This document shows, piece after piece, positions 33,523 to 41,525 of a DNA stretch of 44,052 nucleotides. The notes beneath the pieces are model-generated. The model saw only the letters and a list, made by a program, of their open reading frames with translations. It was not told the origin of the DNA and searched no databases. The translations under genes and the position numbers were made by a program. The DNA is from an uncultured Ignavibacteriales bacterium (GTDB lineage Bacteria > Zixibacteria > MSB-5A5 > GN15 > FEB-12). The stretch is taken from positions 1-44,052 of the forward strand of contig CAYVWS010000002.1 in assembly GCA_964455535.1 (NCBI GenBank), read 5' to 3'. Position 1 is the stretch's first letter, and every line of letters begins with the position of its first letter.

Positions 33523-33789
33523 CTATTTTTTGATTCGTCGATACGCGGCCGCTCCACCCAAGCCAACCGCCAACAACAGCAAAGTTGTCGGTTCAGGTAC
33601 GGCTGACGGGACATGCTGCGGCGGCGGATATGTCGAATTTTCGGCCGTGCAGTTCTTTTGCGAACCGTGCCCGCTGCCGACTTCGGTGCCATACACATCC
33701 GAAAGCGACCAGCACAGAACCGCAATGAACACAACCGCGGCGATCACCCACTTAAGGGGCTGCTCAGACTTCTGTTGATATACTCGCAT
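33523..33789 (-). CDS. small PEP-CTERM sorting-domain protein (antisense insert in the phage cassette)
   Basis: ORF 33523..33870 trimmed to ATG 33789 (ATG 33801 is an alternative). 88 aa. N-terminal hydrophobic signal/anchor WVIAAVVFIAVLCWSLSDVYG, short Gly/Ser/Pro-rich middle, C-terminal AVPEPTTLLLLAVGLGGAAAYRRIKK. Confidence 0.7.
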   Translation of the reverse strand: MRVYQQKSEQPLKWVIAAVVFIAVLCWSLSDVYGTEVGSGHGSQKNCTAENSTYPPPQHVPSAVPEPTTLLLLAVGLGGAAAYRRIKK

Positions 33790-34028
33790 TTTGATCACCA
33801 TCCTATCGAGGTCGGTTTTTTCTCTCTGATAAGGCATTGAGCAAAGGTTGTGCCCGCAATCGCTCTGCACATAAAAACTAGCAATGTCTTGAGCGACAAG
33901 CCGATTGATCGCCGGCGAGCGCGCATAGACTACAGCTCAGCGCTGTGGTATCACGCAAGAGTTTGCGCAAAATGACTACACGATCGATGGGCATCTGAAA
34001 TTTGCCGGTATGGGCAAATGGAGGAAAG

Positions 34029-35561
34029 ATGGCCCCACAATTTGGCAGACTGACGACTCAGCTCGCTGATTCGACGATAGCTCCCACCGACCGATTTTGC
34101 GATCTGATCAACCAGCGGATCGCACCAAAGTCGGCGGTCACGGCCGAGAGCATTTTTGTCGGCGCGATGTATTTAGTCTCCGATCAGGTTAACTCGTTCG
34201 GCGGGAGATTCCCTTTCGACGAACACCAGCGGCTGGCGGAACTGATCGTCGATTCGCCGGTGCTGGTGGGGCATCGCAAGGATTCTCTGCCGATAGCACG
34301 GAATTTTCACGCTGAGTTAGTCGAGCGCAACGGTGAGCGGTGGGTAAAGTGCTACTTCTATTGGCTGCGCGATTCGCAGGGGGCTGAATCGCTCAAGACG
34401 AATATTGAAGGCGGCCTCTATAAAGAGTGCTCGATTGCCTTCACTTACAATTTGCCCGAGTGTTCTATCTGTGGCGAGGACATCCGCGCCTGCGAACACG
34501 AACCGGGGATGGCGTATTCATCGGGCGAGGGCGAGTCGGTCTGTCATTTCAACTACCGTCAGATCGAGCGCGTGCTGGAGGCCTCGCTTGTCTATCGCGG
34601 GGCGGTGCCGAATACGCTTGTAACCACCGACGACCGCATTTCGGACGCGGCCTCTTCGCTCAATGCCGCTGATTGCCGCAATTCGTCCGGGCCAATCCTG
34701 CAACGCATCGACTCCCTCGAACCACTCGATCGCGACTCTCGATACCTGGTTGTCCCGAAATACGACGCCCTGCCGGTTATCCTCTCGGCAACTCAAAATC
34801 TAATCTCGCTTTCGAAGTTTGACGAGTCTCCGGTTTGTCTGGACATGCCGCCATCTTGTCTGGCCGATCGATCGCCGGATCGAAAGGCCGGTTTACTGAT
34901 TGGGCTTCAGGGGCGTCGACGATGCAGTCGGAGCGAAATCGAAAACTATCTCAAGGATAAATCGGCTCCGGTTTCCAGAGTGGTGGTCGCCCTCTATCCG
35001 GACACGGGCAGCTATTCCCGACCTGCAAAGTTCTCGCATGGACGGGACATGGTACGGATTCTGCCGCACCGTCTGGCCGCGTGGCCCGATCTTCAATCGG
35101 CGATTAGAGCTGTCGCCACCCGCGATGGCGTCGAGATTTGGCCGTTTAATTCCAATCCGCTGACCGACCGGGGTTTCCACTATGTGAATACATCCCGAGT
35201 CAGACCCGAATTGGCTCTCCCGTCGACTTTCACCTATGACAACGCCACACGATCAGGAAATCTGACTCTCTCGCATGAGCAGTCACAACTCCGACTGACG
35301 GTACCCAAATTCGATCCTTCGACTTGCGCTGCCGGACGGCGGTACCTTGTCGATCCCGTAATCGACAACCGCACCCAGACCGCGCTCATCAAGTTGATTT
35401 CCGCCGGCCGTAGCATCAATTGTGAAGTCACATCACTTGATTCGGAAAAGGGACAACTGACTGTAGTGTTGCGTCGCGTCCTGCTCAACGGCCGACGACG
35501 ATTTCTCATCGGTGCACTACCCGTATCGTCACACCGGAGGGATTGTCATGCGTCAAACTGA
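34029..35561 (+). CDS. prohead serine protease (HK97/S78-like) fused to a ~300-aa uncharacterised C-terminal region
   Basis: ORF trimmed to ATG 34029 (GGAGGA upstream). PVLVGHRKDSLPIAR (catalytic-His context) and, 51 residues later, GGLYKECSIAF (Ser context) match the S78 H...S spacing. Followed by the Cys/His knuckle CSICGEDIRACEH. Residues ~210-510 are unassigned. Confidence 0.6.
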   Translation: MAPQFGRLTTQLADSTIAPTDRFCDLINQRIAPKSAVTAESIFVGAMYLVSDQVNSFGGRFPFDEHQRLAELIVDSPVLVGHRKDSLPIARNFHAELVERNGERWVKCYFYWLRDSQGAESLKTNIEGGLYKECSIAFTYNLPECSICGEDIRACEHEPGMAYSSGEGESVCHFNYRQIERVLEASLVYRGAVPNTLVTTDDRISDAASSLNAADCRNSSGPILQRIDSLEPLDRDSRYLVVPKYDALPVILSATQNLISLSKFDESPVCLDMPPSCLADRSPDRKAGLLIGLQGRRRCSRSEIENYLKDKSAPVSRVVVALYPDTGSYSRPAKFSHGRDMVRILPHRLAAWPDLQSAIRAVATRDGVEIWPFNSNPLTDRGFHYVNTSRVRPELALPSTFTYDNATRSGNLTLSHEQSQLRLTVPKFDPSTCAAGRRYLVDPVIDNRTQTALIKLISAGRSINCEVTSLDSEKGQLTVVLRRVLLNGRRRFLIGALPVSSHRRDCHASN

Positions 35562-35859
35562 CCGCAATCGCCCGCTGCGAATATCGGGGCAGGTCTGGAA
35601 TGTACTCACCATCGCCTTCGGCATGATCGCGGCCTATTTCATGACGATACAGCAGATCAAAGTCGAACTGGCGGCCAAGGCTGAGTCAACCGTAGTCGAA
35701 ACACTCGACAAGAAACTCACCAGCGTGGAAGTCTATCTCAAGGAAGCAGTGGTCAGCAAACAACAGTTCTATGAACACTCGCAGAAGATGGAATCACGAC
35801 TGGATCGCATCGAACACTATCTCGTGGAACAAACAGGAGAGACACGTGGAAAAAGATAA
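35548..35859 (+). CDS. small membrane-anchored coiled-coil protein (hypothetical)
   Basis: ORF trimmed to ATG 35548 (GGAGGG upstream; 14-nt overlap with the protease stop). 103 aa. One TM helix VWNVLTIAFGMIAAYFMTI, then a heptad-like helix. Confidence 0.6.
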   Translation: MRQTDRNRPLRISGQVWNVLTIAFGMIAAYFMTIQQIKVELAAKAESTVVETLDKKLTSVEVYLKEAVVSKQQFYEHSQKMESRLDRIEHYLVEQTGETRGKR

Positions 35860-36259
35860 TTCGGATCTGGGGTATATCGACGACGTCTGCACGGCGCTGA
35901 GCGCCGAATCGATTGAGGAAATCGACTTTGACCGTCTGCGCCGCTGGCTTTCGGAGCTGGGGGCGGTGCTTCCCACATTATATGCCGCGCGGGAAGAAGC
36001 CCGGCTGTTGCGCGAAGATCTGAATATCCGCATTAGCGGCATGCTAAAGGCGATTGTGATCGCCGACCGCGGCAAATCGATCTCCGAGGATTCGCTTGAA
36101 ATTCTGAACCACCTCCCCGACAAGAGCGCGGCGGAGCTGATCGGGCTCTATCGCCGCACCCAGGCCCGTTTCCGTGACACGTTTCCGTCCGGGCCCGGAT
36201 TGATCACGCCTCGTCGCGCTCCTTTTCAAAATGCACGAATCGGAAACAAACGGGTGTGA
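35846..36259 (+). CDS. scaffolding-like helical protein (hypothetical)
   Basis: ORF 35771.. trimmed to GTG 35846 (AGGAGAG upstream; 14-nt overlap). 137 aa, acidic helical N-terminus and basic C-terminus. The position between protease and capsid genes suggests a scaffold. Confidence 0.5.
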   Translation: MEKDNSDLGYIDDVCTALSAESIEEIDFDRLRRWLSELGAVLPTLYAAREEARLLREDLNIRISGMLKAIVIADRGKSISEDSLEILNHLPDKSAAELIGLYRRTQARFRDTFPSGPGLITPRRAPFQNARIGNKRV

Positions 36260-36343
36260 CAGTGTGGGGCATCGCCTCCGACCCAGCGGGACAGTTGTCC
36301 CGGTCGGTCCACCCAACAATAGAAAAACAATAGGAGAACACAG

Positions 36344-36766
36344 ATGTCAGTACGCGATCAGAATCTTGAATCGATAGCGCCGGTGTTGGCCAGTTTCAAG
36401 ATTCATCAAACCGCCGGAGCCGACGATCTCAAAGATCAGCATATCGGCCAACCGGTGCAGCTCACCGGCAATCACGAAATCGGTCCTATCACTGCCGGCG
36501 GTCAGCTGTTGGGCAAGCTCATCAGTCTCACCCTGACCGACGCCGACACCGGCAAGCGATGGGCGACGGTGCAGGTCGGCGGTATCTGCGAATTCAATAT
36601 CTCCGCCACCAACCCGACGGTCGGCAACAGAGTCGTCGGCGGGACGACGGGAACGGTCAAGCAGGCGCCCGCGCTTGCCGGAAATGATCCGGCCGGCGGA
36701 AATGTCGGCCGCGGCACAGTGCTTGCGGTCAACGGCACCACCGATTGCACAATTCTCTTGAACTAA
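36344..36766 (+). CDS. head decoration / DUF2190-like protein
   Basis: 140 aa. AGGAGAA RBS. Gly-rich beta pattern (GQPVQLTG...GKLISLTLTDADTGKRWATVQVGGICEF...GNRVVGG...GRGTVLAVNG) resembles DUF2190 decoration proteins. Lies immediately upstream of the capsid gene. Confidence 0.5.
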   Translation: MSVRDQNLESIAPVLASFKIHQTAGADDLKDQHIGQPVQLTGNHEIGPITAGGQLLGKLISLTLTDADTGKRWATVQVGGICEFNISATNPTVGNRVVGGTTGTVKQAPALAGNDPAGGNVGRGTVLAVNGTTDCTILLN

Positions 36767-36780
36767 AAGAAGGGGCTCAT

Positions 36781-37884
36781 ATGGAATTTCAACAGTTTTT
36801 GCAGTCGAAGGGGATTAGTCAATTGGCATCGGAGATCGATCGCGAGGCAAGCGTCAGCCGCGTTGATCTGTCCGTCGCCGCCTCTTTCGATGTCACTCGC
36901 GATCTTTACACCGAGGCCGAGGCCCGCGGCTTGTCGCTGTCAGAACTTCTGGAATCGGACGACTTCGATCCGACACCGTCGGGAAGTCCGCTTGACGCTT
37001 TCGAGCGGCAGCTGGCGCTGGCCGGAATTCGCTTCGGCGGACGCACGCCTACTACAGTCGAGCAGTTCTACCAGAAGGCGCCGACCCTTCTGCCGGAGTT
37101 CATGCTCCGCGAAATCCGCCGCGGACAGGCGATGCGTCCGGAACTAGCGCGCTTGATTGCCAACTCGACGACCGCTTCCACCAATCGGTACACGCCGTTT
37201 TACATCGACACCACCGATGCGTCGAAGTTTTCCCTGCGCCCGGTCGGTGAGGGAGCCGAAACGCCGCAGCTGGTTGTGACCGAGCAAACGCATGCCGTGC
37301 CGGTGAAGGACTACGGTCTTGCGCTCAAAGCGAGTTACAAAGCGCTTCGCTACCGCACGACTTCGCAGTTCCGTGTGCTGCTGTGGTACATCGGCTTCAA
37401 GATGCAGACTGACAAGATCGGCATGATCGTCGATGTCATCATCAACGGAGACGGCAACTCCAATCCGGCGTCGGTGACCAACGTGGCCTCGAGCGGCACG
37501 CTGGCCTACGCCGATCTGATCAACCTCTGGTCGACCTTCGCGCCGTATGAGATGAACACCATCGTCTGTCACATCAATACCCTCAAGACGATTCTCACGA
37601 TGAACGAATTCAAAGATCCGCTGGCCGGGTATCGGTTCCAGCAGTCGGGTGAATTGTTCAGTCCGTTGGGAGCGTCGCTGGTCCGATGCGACGATGTCCC
37701 GACCGATTTTGTGATCGGTCTGGACAACCGGTTCGCCGTCGAAGAGGTCGTGACTCAGCCGCTGATGGTCGAGTACGACAAGATCATCGAACAGCGACTG
37801 GAAGAAGCGGTGATCACCGAATCGGTCACCTACGCCAAAGTGCTCAAAGGGGCTTCAGCTATTCTCGACACGGTATTTCCGTAA
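36781..37884 (+). CDS. major capsid protein (HK97 fold)
   Basis: ORF trimmed to ATG 36781 (AAGAAGGGG upstream). 367 aa. Position, size and the block VKDYGLALKASYKALRYRTTSQFRVLLWYIG...INGDGN are typical of HK97-type capsid proteins. Confidence 0.7.
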   Translation: MEFQQFLQSKGISQLASEIDREASVSRVDLSVAASFDVTRDLYTEAEARGLSLSELLESDDFDPTPSGSPLDAFERQLALAGIRFGGRTPTTVEQFYQKAPTLLPEFMLREIRRGQAMRPELARLIANSTTASTNRYTPFYIDTTDASKFSLRPVGEGAETPQLVVTEQTHAVPVKDYGLALKASYKALRYRTTSQFRVLLWYIGFKMQTDKIGMIVDVIINGDGNSNPASVTNVASSGTLAYADLINLWSTFAPYEMNTIVCHINTLKTILTMNEFKDPLAGYRFQQSGELFSPLGASLVRCDDVPTDFVIGLDNRFAVEEVVTQPLMVEYDKIIEQRLEEAVITESVTYAKVLKGASAILDTVFP

Positions 37885-37888
37885 GACC

Positions 37889-37923
37889 GCCGGGGAGTCC
37901 GGCAGTCGCGCCGGACTCCCGGC
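37889..37923 (+). terminator. strong hairpin (terminator/attenuator) immediately after the capsid gene
   Basis: GCCGGGGAGTCCGGC-agtcgc-GCCGGACTCCCGGC: 14 pairs with one bulged G, followed by TACTTTGTG (weak U-tract). Confidence 0.5.
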
Positions 37924-37942
37924 TACTTTGTGAAGGAACAAC

Positions 37943-39355
37943 ATGCTCACCAAACTCACAGATACGTCCGCCGCCACGTCGCTTGGGCTGGCCGCCGGTC
38001 ACAAACTGATGTCGGTCGCGTCGGGCAATTGGAAAAACCGCCGCATTGCGCTGTTCATGAGTGCGCCGAATACGATTTCACTTAGTTGGTCGGACTCGCC
38101 GTATGTCGGCTGGAAGCCGCCGGTTGCTGTGGTGACCGACGCCGCCGACGAGGTTTTTGACGCGATCGTCGACGCCAACGGTAATCTGGTGATTGCCTAC
38201 ACCGACCAGGCAACTGCCCATTTGATCACGCGCCGGCTTACGATCGGCGCCAGCGGATGGACGGTCGGGTCGAAAGTCACCGTGTATGACTCGGCATTGG
38301 GATATGTGCCGAATTTGGCGCTGACTTCCGATGGGACCTACTGGCTGGCATGGCGACAAACGATTGTGCCGTCAAGCTGGATTTATGTCAAATCGTCGGT
38401 TGACGGTGGCCTGACATGGGGAAGCGGATCTTCCGACAACGGCACGCAGGTAAGTTCGGCCGCTACATTCGTCTGGCCTCGCCTGCTTGCCGACAATAGC
38501 ACGCTCTACTTGTTTATCGCCTACGGCAACGACCGCCTCGTCGTACGGTCGCGCGGAATTTCCGGCGGCGCCTGGTCGGCCGAATCGGCCGTGATCGCGA
38601 GCGCGAGTGTCGGAAGCGAATTCGATGTTGCCCTGACCGACTCCGGCGGCCTTGCGCTGCTGATTTGCGATGCATTGCCCCGGTATCGAGAGTTCGACGG
38701 GTTCACCTGGGGGGCAGTCACAACTCTTGATACGCGCCCCGCGATATCCCCGCAGCTGCTATTCCGGCAGGGGAATCCGGTCGCTGTCTTCTTAGGTGGT
38801 CTTGGTCCGCATCAGTTCGCGTTGCTGCAATCGGCTCGTGTCGGAGGGGCGTTCACGCCGACCAACTTTGTAGATCGACGTTCCAAAACGTTTGATTCCG
38901 TTCAGCTCTTCCACGCGGCTTCGCTGTCGTATCACGATGTGACAGCGGTGGCGGCCGACAGTAATTCCGGCGACGTTTTTCATCCCGTGTCGGGAGCAAC
39001 TCTGGCAAGTGTCGGCGATCGAATGTATGTCGGCCTTTCAGATCCGTTTCGATTTCTTACAGTCCTGCAGTTGACCGTCGGCGCGGGAGGGACGGTGAGC
39101 TATTCGTACTGGGACGGTTCGGGCTGGAAATCGTTCACGCCGATTTCTGGGGGATCCAATCTTGGCAATACAACCAACCAGTTGGCGCTTTGGTCGGATT
39201 ACAGCGCAGTTCCGATCGACTGGCAGAAGACAACGATCAACGGACAGTATCTGTTCTGGCTCAAAGTCGAATGCACTGCGGCCTATTCCAGCGCTCCGAA
39301 CGCCTACCAAGTGACGGCGCTATCTGAACTTAAACAAGTCAGCGTCCGGAGATAA
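37943..39355 (+). CDS. BNR/Asp-box (sialidase-like beta-propeller) protein, hypothetical
   Basis: 470 aa. One clear Asp-box SSVDGGLTWG (S-x-D-x-G-x-T-W) plus degenerate ones (TSDGTYWLAW). Repetitive beta-strand organisation. Confidence 0.6.
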   Translation: MLTKLTDTSAATSLGLAAGHKLMSVASGNWKNRRIALFMSAPNTISLSWSDSPYVGWKPPVAVVTDAADEVFDAIVDANGNLVIAYTDQATAHLITRRLTIGASGWTVGSKVTVYDSALGYVPNLALTSDGTYWLAWRQTIVPSSWIYVKSSVDGGLTWGSGSSDNGTQVSSAATFVWPRLLADNSTLYLFIAYGNDRLVVRSRGISGGAWSAESAVIASASVGSEFDVALTDSGGLALLICDALPRYREFDGFTWGAVTTLDTRPAISPQLLFRQGNPVAVFLGGLGPHQFALLQSARVGGAFTPTNFVDRRSKTFDSVQLFHAASLSYHDVTAVAADSNSGDVFHPVSGATLASVGDRMYVGLSDPFRFLTVLQLTVGAGGTVSYSYWDGSGWKSFTPISGGSNLGNTTNQLALWSDYSAVPIDWQKTTINGQYLFWLKVECTAAYSSAPNAYQVTALSELKQVSVRR

Positions 39356-39357
39356 CC

Positions 39358-40167
39358 ATGTCATATACGTCCGTAGAACAAGTGAGCAGCCATCTGGCGG
39401 CCAAATCGATTCCTGCAGCGGCCCAGTTCGATGCACCCGTAGAGATCGATACAAACGAGAGTATCCAATTCTCGTCAGTCGGTGTCGAACCGGGCTCGGT
39501 GGTGGTAAAGGCGCTACGGTCCCGAGAACATTCGCGGGTCACGCTGTCCTTGACCAACCCACTCGACTTTTCATCGGCGCCGGTTGTCCCCAATTCTGTC
39601 ATAGTCGCATCGGACTCTTCATTGGGTCAGATATTTGTCGAGCCGGTGGACTATCTCATCGATCCGAAAGAAGGGCGGCTGGCAGTCCGCGCCGGCGGCG
39701 CGCTTGAAGTCGGGAGCGCTGTCACGATCTGGTACCGACCGTACTCGGTGCTGCAGGAATCATCCGACTACCACCTTGATTCGGATCATGCAACTATTCG
39801 CCGCGCCCTTTCCGGCGATATCGCGCTTGGAGAAACGGTGTATGTCGACTTCACACCCCGAGTCGCGACTATTCTCGAAGAGATGATTCAATCTGCTGTC
39901 TCTGCCGCGAACGGACTGATCGAGCGGATGGTCGATCCCGACGGTCAGTTCGAGGCCGATCCGGTCCTGGGACTGGCCGCGACATACACGGCATTGGAAA
40001 TTGTTTGTCGTTCGGCCGCGGCTCGCGAACTCACCTTTCGCACCGGCGAAGACCGCCCTGCAAAGACGTGGATGCAGCTCGCCGGCGAATATGCATCGCG
40101 CGCGGAAACGCTGATCACCGGCTTCCGGCCGCCCGTCACACCACTTTCACGCCCAACTATTTCATAG
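39358..40167 (+). CDS. hypothetical protein (possible head-tail adaptor; helical C-terminal half)
   Basis: 269 aa. GGAG RBS, 2 nt after the upstream stop. The role is guessed from position only. Confidence 0.55.
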   Translation: MSYTSVEQVSSHLAAKSIPAAAQFDAPVEIDTNESIQFSSVGVEPGSVVVKALRSREHSRVTLSLTNPLDFSSAPVVPNSVIVASDSSLGQIFVEPVDYLIDPKEGRLAVRAGGALEVGSAVTIWYRPYSVLQESSDYHLDSDHATIRRALSGDIALGETVYVDFTPRVATILEEMIQSAVSAANGLIERMVDPDGQFEADPVLGLAATYTALEIVCRSAAARELTFRTGEDRPAKTWMQLAGEYASRAETLITGFRPPVTPLSRPTIS

Positions 40168-40177
40168 GAGAACAACG

Positions 40178-40546
40178 ATGTCGTCACGTTCAGAAATTCT
40201 TGCCCGGCGCGTCTGGATGGTTCCGGAATTCGCCGTCTGGGGATCAGCCGGTTATGGCGAAACCGACTTGCTGATCGTTGAACAAATCGGCTCGACTTCC
40301 GCGGTCTTCTTCGGAGCTGTTGACATCGGAGGCAACGAACAGGAAGTACTCTTTGAGGCGTTGGTAGATCACCGCGGGAACAAACTCCCCGATCAGATCG
40401 CTTCGCCGTGCGTCATGCCCAAACCCAAAGGACCAACTGCGCCGTTCATTGTCGGCCGGGAATCGAGTGTTGGATTTCGTATCGCTCAGTCCGGCTCGAC
40501 CACACCGGTCATCGCCGACCTACTGGTGGTGGAACTTGGCAACTGA
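40178..40546 (+). CDS. hypothetical protein
   Basis: 122 aa. AGGAGAA RBS. Beta-rich. No family recognised. Confidence 0.55.
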   Translation: MSSRSEILARRVWMVPEFAVWGSAGYGETDLLIVEQIGSTSAVFFGAVDIGGNEQEVLFEALVDHRGNKLPDQIASPCVMPKPKGPTAPFIVGRESSVGFRIAQSGSTTPVIADLLVVELGN

Positions 40547-40829
40547 GACCGACAGCAAACTCGTGATTACCACTCCGGCCTTCGGCGTTGACTTGCTTGA
40601 TGACCTCATCGAGGAGTGGTACTTGATTCTCAAAGATAAGTCTGAAGAAGCGAAGATAGGAGATTGGCTGAAAATGATTGAAACACGAAAAAAACTCAGT
40701 CCGGAAGGACGGGAGAAAGAGGAACTATGGGATCTGCTCAAGAAGATTCGCAACGCCTCGATTGACCGTCACACGATTCAAAGTCAGGCGACCGACGTAC
40801 CACCTGATTCCGAGGAGGCGGCAGCGTGA
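40536..40829 (+). CDS. hypothetical acidic helical protein
   Basis: ORF 40449..40829 trimmed to TTG 40536 (GGTGGTGGA upstream; 11-nt overlap with the previous stop). The start is uncertain. Its stop overlaps the next gene's GTG (GTGA). Confidence 0.4.
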   Translation: MATETDSKLVITTPAFGVDLLDDLIEEWYLILKDKSEEAKIGDWLKMIETRKKLSPEGREKEELWDLLKKIRNASIDRHTIQSQATDVPPDSEEAAA

Positions 40830-41521
40830 GATCGTTATCAATCCGGCTGCTTTGCCTGACCGTTGTCAGCTTGTTTGTCTTTCCGCCGCACGCCTCGGCA
40901 ATTGAACTGCGCGTGAAGTGCGGAACAGTCACGGCTGATTCGTGCAACGACTGGTATTACACCGCCGGACTCAACGGCGCTCCCCATGTGCCGGCCGGGA
41001 ATGCCTCCGATTACAATCTGGGTTACACTGGCGCTTTTCAGCGTCGATACGCCGTAGTGTTTCCCGGTCTGTCGATTCCGCAGAATGCGACAATCGATTC
41101 GGGATTTCTCAAGGCCTCCTGGGTGACGACAGATTCGACCATCAAACCGGTAGTTTTGCTCTACGGTGTTGCCAGCGATGCCATCGACACGATTGTCGAC
41201 TCGACCCGATGGGTGAGCGCGTACGCAGCCCGGACAACCGCGGTCGACTCGATGTACGACTCCCTGTGGGCTCGCACGACTACAGTTTTCGCCTGGGCCA
41301 AAACTTTCAAAGTAAAGTCGATCCTTCAGGAACTGGTCAGCGCCGCCTGGTGGCAAAGCGGTGATACCGCCGTATTCGTCTCTCTGCCGAACACCGGCAC
41401 CACAGGTGACCGAGCGTTCAAACAACTCAATTCAAATGGCGGCGATTCTCTGATCGTCTACTACACTCCGCCCGCCGCCGGCGGCTCGGGCAACGGACCT
41501 CGGGTTCTATTGAGGAAGTAA
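40826..41521 (+). CDS. secreted protein (signal peptide), possibly DNRLRE-type accessory domain
   Basis: GTG 40826 with GAGGAGG 7 nt upstream. MRSLSIRLLCLTVVSLFVFPPHASA signal peptide. 231 aa. The pattern RRYAVVFPGLSIPQNATIDSGFLKA...VLLYGV...W...SILQELVSAAWWQSGD...SLIVYY resembles DNRLRE-like domains (low-confidence recollection). Confidence 0.6.
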   Translation: MRSLSIRLLCLTVVSLFVFPPHASAIELRVKCGTVTADSCNDWYYTAGLNGAPHVPAGNASDYNLGYTGAFQRRYAVVFPGLSIPQNATIDSGFLKASWVTTDSTIKPVVLLYGVASDAIDTIVDSTRWVSAYAARTTAVDSMYDSLWARTTTVFAWAKTFKVKSILQELVSAAWWQSGDTAVFVSLPNTGTTGDRAFKQLNSNGGDSLIVYYTPPAAGGSGNGPRVLLRK

Positions 41522-41525
41522 ATCT

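Larger units (their letters stand above)
30833..40829 (+). mobile_element. phage-derived head-morphogenesis/packaging cassette (tail-less within the window)
   Basis: Co-oriented, mostly overlapping genes for portal, TerL, prohead protease, scaffold-like, decoration and HK97-type capsid proteins plus 3-4 small connector candidates. No integrase, att, tRNA, TerS, tail or lysis genes recognised. Boundaries are uncertain. Confidence 0.55.

Noticed and set aside
34740-34800. K-Y-D-A in YLVVPKYDALPVILS within the protease C-terminal extension, resembling the ligase/nucleotidyltransferase motif I (KxDG)
   Set aside because: The glycine is missing, and I could not find convincing downstream motifs III-V by eye. 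This is too weak to call without a profile or structure search.
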